A DNA stretch of 59,224 nt, the filler included, from Thelocarpon superellum (taxonomy: Eukaryota): assembly GCA_026025795.1 (NCBI GenBank). It is 2 parts of 2 records of this genome, joined end to end, with 100 filler letters (N's around TTAATTAATTAA, not from the genome) between each part and the next. Parts side by side here need not be neighbours in the genome. Positions count along the whole stretch, not along the records: positions 1 to 29,611 come from JAPEUG010000217.1; 1 more part is not named here. One strand, written 5' to 3'. The notes under the pieces were generated by a model. It searched no databases, had not been told where the DNA came from, and saw only the letters and a list, made by a program, of their open reading frames with translations. How positions within the stretch are numbered: position 1 is the stretch's first letter; each line of letters starts with the position of its first letter. Below, piece after piece: positions 13,284 to 24,556 of this stretch. The position numbers and the translations under genes are program-made.

Positions 13284-13797
13284 TAAATCAAACAATTCTG
13301 GCTTGTCTTTGGATCTCCCTTGCGTGGGATGCTGGCGTGCGACCATCGCTTCGGCTGATCGAATGGACTTCAGTCATAGGACTCGACTCGACGACCCCAC
13401 CAACGCCTCACTCAACTACTTACCTATGATAACAGCGTGCCCGTGTACGATGACCCAGACAACAATATGATCGCCATCTCATTCTCATCTCACTCGTCCA
13501 GTCACTCATTCGAGATTCACAAGGATCGGACTCGACCTCGCGGCGTCGGTGGCGGTGTTGATTGTGCCGTGGACGAACAATACTAAGACTAGCCCCACCA
13601 GATGGACAATACAACGACTCCACCTTGCACGACCGACCACGCCTTTTCGATGATGGCGTCGCCGCGCTCTCCCCGCGCTTCATTGCGAGCTCGTCCTTTC
13701 ATTCTCACCCTCCTCATCGCATCTACACCTTTTCCGCTCCAGGATTCTCCCGTCGGTCTCATCGTACCCTTTCTGACTCACCACCTGCCACGCGATT

Positions 13798-16700
13798 ATG
13801 AAGAAGAGCCCTGCCCAGGATCCGGAGAAGCCCAACAGCCACCCGCTGCGCGCTGTCCACTGGTTGGAGAAGACGGGCATGGATGGGCAGGTCGACGGGC
13901 CCGCACCCGACAACGCCGACGAAGAGGATGACGAGGCAGAAGATGGGATCCAGCATGCCGGTTGGGCATCGCTGTTCCTCTTTACCCGAAAGTCACACAC
14001 CCTCACGTTACTCACCGCCGTGGTCCTCTCCGTCGTCTCAGGCGTTATCATTCCGGCCACATCCGTCTTCCTCGGCATCATCTTCAATTCCTTCACCGAC
14101 TTTGGTGCTGGCCAGATCACCGGCCCCGAGCTGACGGCCAAGATTTCCGTCCAGTGTATCGCGCTGGTGGCCCTCGGTGGGGCTAGCTGGGCGCTCAACG
14201 GCGGTTACTTTGGCTGCTGGCTGGCGTTTGGCGAGCTCCAGGCCAAGACTGCACGCGAGTCCGTCTTCGACGAGATGATTGGCAAGGACATGGAGTGGTT
14301 TGATATGCAGAGGGATGGCATGGGGGGTCTGATCCCACAGTTACAGAGGTACAAATAGCAGATTCTGCTACACCGAGATGAATGCTGACGTCCACGTAGC
14401 CTTACTCGTCAGCTTCAGATCGCAACCTCGCAACCCCTGGGCTTTGTCGTCCAATACAGCGTCACAGCACTGGCGGCCGTGGGCGTCGCCTTCTACAACT
14501 CGTGGAATCTGACGCTGGTGACGCTGGCCACGGTGCCCATTGCCGCCTTGATCCTCTCTTTCATCTCCGCCCGAATGCAGCCTCACATTGAAGCGCAGGA
14601 AGCAGGCCTTTCCAACGCCACCAAGTTCGCCTGCAGCGCCATCACCTCCATCACGACGGTCAAGTGCTTCACGGGTGAAGCGCACGAGATCCGTCGATTT
14701 GGCGACGCCATCCAGACCGCAGCACGTTCGTACCTGAAACAAGCGCACGCCAACGCGATGCAAATTGGTATTGTGCGTCTGTCGATCCTGAGCATGTTCG
14801 TTCAAGGATTCTGGTATGGTAGCACCTTGGTGGGCCCCGGCGGAAAGTCCGCTGGTCAAATCTTGACGACCTTCTGGTCCGCCCTCATGGCCACACAGAC
14901 CATTGAGCAAATCCTTCCGCAGATGATTGTGCTGGAGAAGGGTCGAGTGGCGGGAGCGACCTTGACGTCCATCATATCGCGTACCGCGGGAATTCGGAGG
15001 GAAAACGAGAGACGAGGTGGGGTAGCACCGGGCCCATGCCGCGGCGGGGTGGATCTCAAGGAGGTGAGTTGATGCCCTCCATCGGTAGATTTTCGCTGAC
15101 CACCAGATCTCCTTTGCCTACCCTTCCTCTCCCCAACAGCCCGCCATCCACAACGCAAGTCTCTTCTTTCCCGCCGGCGAAACCACCTTTGTCGTGGGGA
15201 GAAGTGGATCGGGCAAGAGCACGATTGGAAATCTCCTGCTACGATACTACTCCCACAATGAAGGCCAGATCTTCATCGACGGTCATCCCATCCAGACGTT
15301 GGACCTGTCATGGCTGCGCGAGCAAATCACCCTCGTCCAGCAGCAGACGGTCCTGTTTACCGAGTCCCTCCGACATAACATTCTCTTCGGCTGCCAAGAT
15401 GGGAGAGTGGTGACGGACGCGGAAGTTCGGCAAGCGTGTCAGCTGGCCTTGCTCCAGCACATGGTCAACGATCTTCCCGATGGGCTCGACACTCCGGTCG
15501 GAATGGGAGGCGATGCCTTGAGCGGGGGGCAGAAGCAACGGGTGGCCATCGCACGGGCACGACTGCGCGACACGCCAATCCTGATACTTGACGAGTCCAC
15601 CAGCGCGTTGGACTACATCAGCCGCTCCCTGGTCATGGACGCCATCCGGGAGTGGCGAAGGGGCAAGACCACCATCATCATCACGCACGACATCAGCCAG
15701 ATCTTCGAGGACGACTACGTGTACGTGATGGATGCAGGTCAAGTGGTGCAGGAGGGATACCGAGGTCATCTGGAGACTGACGCGGATGGCGTCTTTGCTA
15801 GCTTTGCACCCGTCGCCTCCACGGCGCCAAGTCCCGTCACTGAGGACGAGATCCAACCCGTGACCCTGGCGACGAGCACATCGCTCTCGGCCGAACCCAT
15901 CTCACGAGTCTTGGAGGACTATGCCACCTTCCGTGCCAGCCACTACTCCCGACTTTCCACGACGGGACTGCCCCGTCTGCCTGCAGCCTCGTACCGTCGC
16001 TTTTCTCTTGAGCCCGCATTGCCGGACACGCCATTGAGCCCTCCGTGGTCCCCGTCGGAGGATCTCGAGCTGGTGCGACTGGCAAGGAAGAACTCGGCAA
16101 AGATTCGACAGTCCCCTGGCAGCACCCCGCTCGGCGCATCATCTTCTCCGGCCACTCCCAGCAGCTCCAAGCCACTTCAGCGGCCCGACTCCTTCCGCAA
16201 TCGCACAAGGCATGTCCTAGGCAAGAGCACGACTGGGCCACGACGCATGCGATCCCTCTCATCCATCTTAGCGACGGTCTGGCAAGTCCTGGACGGCAAG
16301 CACCGGGCCATACTAATCCTCGGCTTCGTCTGTGCCTTTCTCCACGCCGGCGCCACACCGACCTTCTCCTATCTCTTCGCCAACCTCCTATCGACCTTTT
16401 TCGCCGGTCCAGACGACCAGAAGCAGCTTGCCATCAAGTGGTCACTGTCCGTCCTCGGAGTTTCAATCGGAGACGGACTCTCCAGCTACTCGATGCACTA
16501 CCTGCTCGAATACAGCGGGCAGGCCTGGGTGGACGGCCTCCGGATCCAAGCCTACACGCGCGTGCTGCAGCAGAGTCAGGCCTGGTTTGACGAGGAAGAC
16601 CCCTCCGCGTCGCGCATTGTGGAGTGCCTAGACCGCAACGCTGAGGAGATGCGCAATCTGGTCGGTCGTTTTGTAGGCTCGGCCTTTGTCGCCGCGTGCA

Positions 16701-18531
16701 TGACCAGCATGGCGATCATATGGAGCTTTGCCATCTGCTGGAAACTGACGATCGTTGGCCTGGCATCCGCGCCGGCCATGTATGCCATCACGCGTGCCTT
16801 TGAAACGGTTTCCGGGCGGTGGGAGAGCCGCAGCAACGATGCGGCGGAGGAGGCGGCCTCGGTCTTTGCGGAGGTCTTTACCACTATTCGAGTCGTCAAG
16901 GCTTTGACGCTCGAGGGCTACTTTCGCAAGAAGTACCTCGCCGCCGCGGAGGAGTCGCTCAGGGTTGGTCTAAGGCGTGCGGCGTACTCGGGCGTGTTCT
17001 TTGGTTTGTCTGATTCGGGTATTCTCTTCATCATGGGTACGTCTCCGTTTCTCCATCACCAGCTTGAGGCACTCTCTGGCCCTTGAAATCTGACGTGCTA
17101 GGCCTCCTATTCTATTATGGTGCCCTCCTTGCTTCAACGGGGACATTTAGCACGACGGACATCTTGACCGTCTTTACTATGCTAATTTTTAGTATCGCGA
17201 GTGCGAATGCCGTTATTCTATTGAGTGAGTTTCATGCCACTACAACTACCACTACCACCACCATCACCATCTCTGTTACTCCCATCAGCACTAACGTGAT
17301 AGTCCCCCAAATCAACAGCAGCAGAGACACAGCAACGCGGTTGCTACGCCTCGCACACCTTCCGCCTTCACTGCACGAATGCACAGGCTCCACGAGGCTT
17401 TCGACCCTCTTTCCCATTGAATGCCGTGACCTCACCTTCCGATACGCCTCTCGTCCGACTCAGACCGTGCTACGCTCCTTGAACCTCACCATCTGCGCCG
17501 GCACCAGCACCGCTATCGTCGGTCGCTCGGGCGCGGGCAAGTCGACGCTCGCTGCGTTGCTGTTGGCGCTGCATGCGCCTTCGCCTCGGCCAGGTGCTAC
17601 GGGTATGGGGGCAGAAGAAGCAGCTCTTACCTTTGCAGGCATCCCGGTCAACGAAGTCGACATGAGATCCTTGCGATCTATGGTGGCGTTTGTACCGCAG
17701 ACGCCGGTGCTGTTCCCAGGGAGCGTAAGGGATAACATCGCCTACGGGCTCTTATCTCCGTCCTCCTCCCCCTCTTCTCCCTCATCTTCTTCTTCTTCCG
17801 CGTCACATTCATATCATCGCCGCCCACATACCATGCAATACCAAGCCCACCGCGATCCACGACGTGCCTATCCACCACGAAGCTGTTCGCTGGCATACTC
17901 CAGCGACCCACCCCCCCTCTCCACACAATCACGGGTCGAGCTCGCGGCAAAACAAGCCGGAATCCACACCTTCATCGCCTCTCTACCAGCCTCATACGAC
18001 ACATTCATCGGCGACGGCGGCATCGGGCTTTCGGGGGGCCAGACGCAACGGATCGCTATCGCGCGTGCGCTCGTGCGTCAGCCGCGCTTGCTCGTGTTGG
18101 ACGAAGCGACGGCGAATTTGGATAACGAGTCGGCGAGGGGGATACGAGAGGGGTTACTGCGTCTTCCTCTTTCTCCGCCTCTGTCTCGTTCCCTTTTGTC
18201 TCCATTTCAATCTCAAACTTTGAGAGAGGGAGCATACGATGGAGGGGGACGAAGGGAGGGAGGAGAGGAGGAACAGAAAGACATGGCGATAATAGCCCTC
18301 ACGCACGACGAGGAAATGATGCGCGCCGTCGACCGCATTGTCGTCTTGGGCCAGGCCGGGGAGGTGGTGCAGGCTGGGACTTGGGCTGAGGTTTCGCGCG
18401 AGGGAGCTCAAGATTTTTCCAAGGTAGGTGATGCGGAGAAAGAGGGCGAGGAAGAGAGTGAGGAGATGAAGATGGAGAGAAATCAGGCTGCGGTGGCGAA
18501 GGAGCATCATATCTCGTGGTTAGATCTATAG
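13798..18531 (+). CDS. STE6: ABCB full transporter, Ste6/Mam1-like a-type pheromone exporter
   Basis: TMD-NBD-TMD-NBD layout. Walker A GRSGSGKST and GRSGAGKST, signatures LSGGQKQR and LSGGQTQR, Walker B ILILDES and LLVLDEA. Family motifs WLAFGELQAK and LDRNAEEMRNLVGRF. Four introns. Confidence 0.88.
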
Positions 18532-18863
18532 AAGTGAGATGAGATGGAAGAAATAGAATGGCTCCCGCTCTTGTGGGATCCCGTCTAATTCCACTCCTAG
18601 TTACCTCCCCTTCTTCCTTTGCTCATTCCGTTGATCTGATTCAGCCTGATCCAAGATATTCATCCGTTTGAAGTCTCTACCCAACACATCCATGGTCTCT
18701 TTCTCCAATAGATCCTTCGGGCATGATTCATCGCACCCAACCTAAGCCTACCCTTTCCTGTCCTAAACCAAACCCTCCCTATATCCAAGATCAAGATTCC
18801 AAAAGAAAGAAAGTGTTAGATACATCAATCGACCATCAGGGACAGTCTGGGGCCCCGGGGCGT

Positions 18864-18864
<1 letters not shown>

Positions 18865-18902
<38 letters not shown>
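18865..18902. repeat. (CA)19 microsatellite
   Basis: Perfect CA run between the ABC gene and the convergent membrane-protein gene. Confidence 0.97.
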
Positions 18903-18906
<4 letters not shown>

Positions 18907-18937
18907 AGTGACCGCCTTTTGATGGTCCACATTAGCG

Positions 18938-19149
18938 TCACCGGAAACTGGTATGCTGAGAATGAGCGGAGGAGAAATCAACAGGCGTCGCGGGCGTCGA
19001 TGTGGTCGTGACTTCGATAGAAGGCAGGACGCGCACGGAGGGTAGGCGGGGCGGGATGCGACTGGGCCGTTCGTACGGCGGCGCGTCGTCGTATTGAGGC
19101 GGTTCGGGGGCTGGGAGGTCTTGCATGCCAAGGTCGATCTCCTGGGACG

Positions 19150-19184
<35 letters not shown>

Positions 19185-20328
19185 CCGCTCATGCCCCCGC
19201 TCATGCCCCCGCTCATACCCCCGCTCATGCCCCCGCTCATGCCCCCGCTCATACCCCCGCTCATGCCCCCGCTCATGCCCATGTCGTGGTCGAGATGCGA
19301 GTCGGATCCGTTCGTCGATAGTGATAAGACCGATCCCGATCGGCCATGGCTCTGTGCGGATGACGTTCGCAGCTCCGACGTCGGTCGCGAGGTGCCCCCC
19401 ATGGACGCCGCGCTGTCGAGCAGCGGGCGGTCTGACTCCACCGAGCTGGCCCGCACCCGGGTGCCGTCGGCCCGCGCCAGACCCACGTCGGCGTACGAGA
19501 CGCTGGAGATGCGGCGGTCGCGCTCGGCGCGGCTCTCGCCGCCCTCGTGGCCCGGGATCGAGAGAGCTCCCTCGGCCGTTTGCGCACTCGCCGCGCTCTC
19601 TGCGCGGGCGCGTTCGCGCTGGTGCGCTTGTTGCCGGAGCTCGATCAGCGTCTCGTAGTCGCCGGCTTCGCGGGCGGCGCGCCGCGCTCGTCGTCGTGCT
19701 TCCCGCTCTGCTATCTCCGCCTGTCGGTTCAGACGTAGTTGGTACAGAGCCTCCATCTCGCTCTCGCGCCGTTCCTCCTCCTCCGCGGCCGTCTCGGGAT
19801 ATTCCACCACGACGTCGATTCCTCCTCGTTCGCCCTCGCGCCCCAGCACGCGCTCGGACGGGTCGGGCGTCGGCATGTACGCTGGGAGCGTGAGCACCGA
19901 CCGAATGGACGTGTTCCGGTCCACCCCGGGCGTCGACGACCCCTCTCCTGACCGGGAGATTTCCACGGACCGACCGTCACCCAACAGCTCTCTGGCGTCG
20001 GTCGCGGCTCGATTGTACTTTTGCTCCGGTCGCCCCACCCACGCTCGCCATTTTCCTTTGAGATACGACGTTGGGATGAATCGAGGCTCGGCTTGTCGTC
20101 TGCGAAGAGTTGAAAAGACCGTGTAGAGGTAGATGGCACCGACGGTGGCGACAATCAGGACGACTCCGGTCTGTGTCTAGTCAGTGACCACTAATCACCG
20201 AGCGACCCACCGAGACCAGGACATACGACGATAAAGATGACGTTCGGAGATGCAGAGGTGGTAGAGGAAGAGGCCGTCTTGCGCGGATGGAGGTCGGTCG
20301 ACCGTCGCCGCAAGAGAAGCGGCATCAT
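18938..20328 (-). CDS. Uncharacterised single-pass membrane protein with PY motifs and Gly-Met repeat
   Basis: Exon 20328-20227, intron 20226-20171 (GTATGT..CAG), then in frame with ORF 18938-20038. Hydrophobic VIFIVTGVVLIVATVGAIYLYTVF followed by RRR. Conserved-looking SIRSVLTLPAY..VLGREGERGGIDVVVEYPET. Confidence 0.85.
19151..19282. repeat. Coding minisatellite: 8x12-bp (SGGM) plus 6-bp (GM) units
   Basis: (gcccat)5 followed by (rcccccgctcat)8 on + strand, in frame in the minus-strand gene. Confidence 0.95.
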
Positions 20329-21667
20329 GTCGGTCTCCGTCCTAAGCAAACGATCTATGGCCCTGGATCATGGGGCGGTGCAGACGACCCGGTCCGGGTA
20401 GAATGGCCCGCGATCTCCACGATGGTTCAGCGGGGTAAGCGCGGTGACAGCTCAATTGCCCACGTCCCCGTTGTCGCAGTCGCAGTCACAGTCGCGGTCG
20501 CCACCCGTGGACAGGCACGACTAGGACATTAGAACAAGGCGAGACGGCGAGACGGCGAGAAGGCCGAAACTGTCATCGTGGGTCGGATGCGCCGAACACG
20601 GAGGTCAAACGACGGGGCAGGCAATCTTGGCGGCGGAAGGCGGCGACGACGCCGACGACGATGCAGGATGACAAAACAGGTATAAGAAGACCTCCCTTTT
20701 GGTGTTGCGACGTGCCGGGGAGCCAGTCCGAGTCGACCACACGAGCGCGCGTTGGTACGAAGAGGCCCCTGTCGTCTGTTGGGGTACCCCGTAACCGCGG
20801 CATACTCGTACTCGCCCCGAGAAGCGCAGGGCGAAGTCCGTCATGGCCTCGTACTCATACCGTGACAGACTCGCAGGGAGCACACCGTAATGGCGCAAGT
20901 CAGGTCTGACGGAAACGGCGCCCGGCCCAAGTGTTGCTCCTCTCCCTTCCCCCAACTGTCGCACTCGTGACCAATCCGTATCCGGACCACGGATCCAGCC
21001 AAAAGACGAAAGACTTGCCTCTTCACCGTCGCACGTCTGTCTGACGCGCCTTGGTCCCTTGGCAGAAGCCAGAGCGGATGCACGGCAAGTCATGAAATGC
21101 GGGAAGCTTGCCAATGATATCGAGACGCAGGGGCCCTCTGCCGGTCAGCCAGCCACTCGGCCCCCATGCTCTTTCGACAGAGCGTGGGTTCCCGTCCAAT
21201 CAATGCGGGTGTTATACTTGGAGCCGAACTCTCCCAAAAACGCAACTCGCCTGTGTGCACACTCGCCTGTCCACACCCCTCGCCTGTGCATTCGACCCTG
21301 ACACTGGCGTCACGGTCGCGGCCGCTAACCCGCCATGCCCGTCAACGCTCATCATTCCCAGGACGTGCACGATAGGGAAACAATCCCAGCTGCCTCACGG
21401 GAACGAGCGTGGAGACTACCACTGCTCCATGTCCATTCATCAAGTTTTGTCGCCAATTAACTTCCCCATGTCCACTCGAACGAGGGGCATACGATACCAC
21501 CCGACGGCCATGGCTCCACGTTCGCGGAACCCTCAGCCTGATGCGAATGCAGGAGTCCTCCGCACTCATAGATTGAAGCCAGCCCACCGACCGGCCAGCG
21601 AAAATTTCATGGGGCCAACTCGGCGCATACAACATATCCCATGCATTCATCATCATATCCCTGCGCT

Positions 21668-23107
21668 CTAGCCCACGCGTTTCTCTAATTTCTTAAAGAG
21701 CTTGCCCATCCCCTTGTCTACCTTGCTCATCTGATTCTCCAATTTGGTCGGCGGGGCGCCGGCGGCGTGAGACTTCTTGGCCGTCTTGACTTCGGCTTCC
21801 GTAGGCCGATAGACCTGCGAATGAAGCGCATACGGATCCGTCGGAGCTTTCCGCGGCTGACCATATTGGTAGGTGGAGTAACCGCCGGCTGGTCCTTGGC
21901 CAGGAGGTTGACTTCCAGGTGGTGGCGATGTGGGATGGGCTGCCACTTGGCTAGGCAAGCGACTGGCCGGCTCGGCTGGGGGCAAGCTGATGGGGGTTGA
22001 AATGTATTGCTGTCCGGGCAGCGCACCGGGGTGCGCTCCCGGTGAAGACATGGTGTTGGCGCGCGGAAGCGTTGGAGGAGGCCCGAACGTCGGCGGTGAC
22101 GCCTGCGGCGTGTGCGGGAAGGCGTTTGAAGCAGGCAGGAGTGGGGCCGTCGTCTGCCGTGGAAGACTCCCCGGCTGTTGCATCTGCGGAAAGGATTGCG
22201 TGGGTGGTGACGCGAACTGCAGCGCTTGGTGGTCGAGCGCGGCCGCCGCTGCTAGACCTGTGCCGCCCTCGGCTTCCGGAGGCGGCGGAGTCTTCTGACG
22301 AGGCGCGATCGGCTCGGGCGCCGCCGGCGCGGCGGGGTTGTACGCCATTGGCGCGTATTCGGCGGGAAGCTCGGTCGCCCCGCTTCGGTCCTTGGGCTCC
22401 GTGTAGTCAGGCTGTGGTGGCGATGGCAGATGGGTCGAGGTTGGCGTAAAGCTGTCCGGCTCGCGCCGACCATAGGCCGTGTCAGAGATGGCCGCATGCT
22501 CGAGCATCTGCACCACCGGACTCATCATATCCGCGTGAGCTGACGGGGGCGGCTGAGCATCTCGGATGGCGACCTGCGCAGGCGGGAGTGATGAGGCGAC
22601 AGATTTGATGAAGAGCAAGGCATCATCCGTCGTCCAGAAGTAGAAGTCGATCGTATGAAGCCGGAACATGTAGCGCTTCTCATTCCGCGCATCCAAGGCC
22701 GGAAGATGCCATTGTCGAAGATCACCCGGTGGCAAGGTCGCAGCTGCATGGCGGCTTGACGTCGGTCCGTCTACCGTAAGGGTGACGAGATTAGGGTGCT
22801 TGTGCGAGTACTCCGAGTGAGTCAGCTCGAGGGCTGCATCAGCGGTCAGTACGCTCCTTCATCGATGCCCGGGCCCGAACGAGGGAGATGACATACATCC
22901 AGACACGGCGTCCTGCTGCGGCGTGCCCGCCTGATTGGCTACTTCGAGACGGCCCTGATTCACGGCGGTGTCCCGGTAGAGGTAGACGTATGAGCCTTTG
23001 TCGAAGCGGTGGTGAGGGGGCTTTTCGTGAGGCGGGCCAAAATAATAATGCACATCCGCGAACCTAGGCGTGTCAGACGGCATTGAGGCTGTGGGCGTGT
23101 TGGACAT
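21668..23107 (-). CDS. Uncharacterised fungal protein, globular N-terminus and Pro-rich C-terminal half
   Basis: Exon 1 DVHYYFGPP..HHRFDKGSYVYLY..GRLEVAN splices (GTATGT..CAG) to YSHKHPNLVTLTV..WHLPALD..LHTIDFYFWT. Tail HSQVYRPTEAE..GKLFKKLEKRVG. Confidence 0.85.
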
Positions 23108-23732
23108 ACACCGTCAAGAACAGATCGTCACCCGGTCCTTGGGGCATCTTGTACCAATTCTACGACGGATTATTGGAAAGGAATCTGACACGCCGCCAAT
23201 CGATAACGGCACGGCAGAGTAAAACCAAGGAGGTAGAGGGATCGGAAGACCGAGAGGGGGCCATGTCACTATTTGAGCCATCCCCACGGTACACTTATCG
23301 AGGACGCATCAGCTAATCAGGGTGGAGCATCGACGTCGGCGCCTAACTCGCAACTACAGGCGCCCGGTCGAGGTCGCGCCGCGGATCTTGTCGGAGCTGT
23401 GCGGAGTCGGCGTACTCGTACAAAGTACTCGTTCGAAGTACTCGTTCTCGTCTTCGCACCCCCAGTTGCACAACAGCCGCGTGACTTGGGCACCTCTCGG
23501 GCGCCAGCTCGCTAGCGCCTCGACTAGCTGTGGTCTGCCACCGTGCTCGTAGCTTCTCTTTTCCGACATGGCGATTGATCCCACTCGAAGAAAATGATCC
23601 GACTCCTGCACGAGGATCCGCCCATGAAGATGGCAAGCACGCGGAGATCTTAGCAGTACCACCGTGAAGCTCTCCTTGACTGTGCCCTTTTGGGCATGCT
23701 CCATTCCTTCGGGACGACACCCATCTCTCACC

Positions 23733-24233
23733 ATGTCGCTCGTCAACCTCTCACACGTGTGCTCCCATCTCCAGAACGCGTCCAAGGCACGCCTCGGCAT
23801 CACCTCTGTCCCGTCCACCAATCTCATCCTGGGCCTGATGCTCTCGCTGCAAACCCACGGCTTCCTCTCCTTCGTCACTCGCGGTGGGCCGGACCCCCCA
23901 CAGATGCTCTCGCCCACCTCATTACAACCGCTCGAGCCGCCGGAACGGGTCACGCAGGCCAACATCGCCTCCAGACGGCTGTGGCTGGGGTTGAAATACT
24001 ACAACAATGAGCCGGTCCTGTCGAAGATGAACATGGTGTCGAAGCCGACGAAGCGCGTGTGGATGGATGTCGAGGGTCTGGGCAAGTTGGTGCGGGGCAA
24101 GGATGCCAATTATGTCCGGGGCTTGCGGCAGCCGGGCGAGTGTCTCTACGTCACCACGGATCGGGGCATCATGGAGGCTCGGGAATGCGTGGAGCGCCAG
24201 GTTGGAGGCATGCTGCTTTGCCGGGTGTTATGA
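23733..24233 (+). CDS. MRPS8: Mitochondrial ribosomal protein uS8m
   Basis: MSLVNLSHVCSHLQNASKARLG, NIASRRLWLGLKY, VSKPTKRVW, TTDRGIMEARECVERQVGGMLLCRV. Intronless. Confidence 0.95.
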   Translation: MSLVNLSHVCSHLQNASKARLGITSVPSTNLILGLMLSLQTHGFLSFVTRGGPDPPQMLSPTSLQPLEPPERVTQANIASRRLWLGLKYYNNEPVLSKMNMVSKPTKRVWMDVEGLGKLVRGKDANYVRGLRQPGECLYVTTDRGIMEARECVERQVGGMLLCRVL

Positions 24234-24556
24234 AGACTTGGAGTGTACCCATACCATGATGCGCCATTCTTTGCGCTGTACTCTACATACCCTCTGCACT
24301 CATTCGCCCCCCATACCACGAGAGTTCAGGAGTCGAGGTCAGGCTGGAACCAATTGCTTCGCGTCAAAGAAGCTACTCGACCCGCAAATGGCCAGACCTG
24401 GCCGCCTCAGAATGCTGCGCGATTGCGCCGGTCCCCGTTTCAGCACGCAAGCACGGGAGCACCCTTGCGCAGCAACGCGTGCGAAGAGAGTCGAAGAGAA
24501 TGTACAAGGGAGGGGGCCGATGGGGGAAAGGGCAAAGCGTTCACGACGTCCACCTT

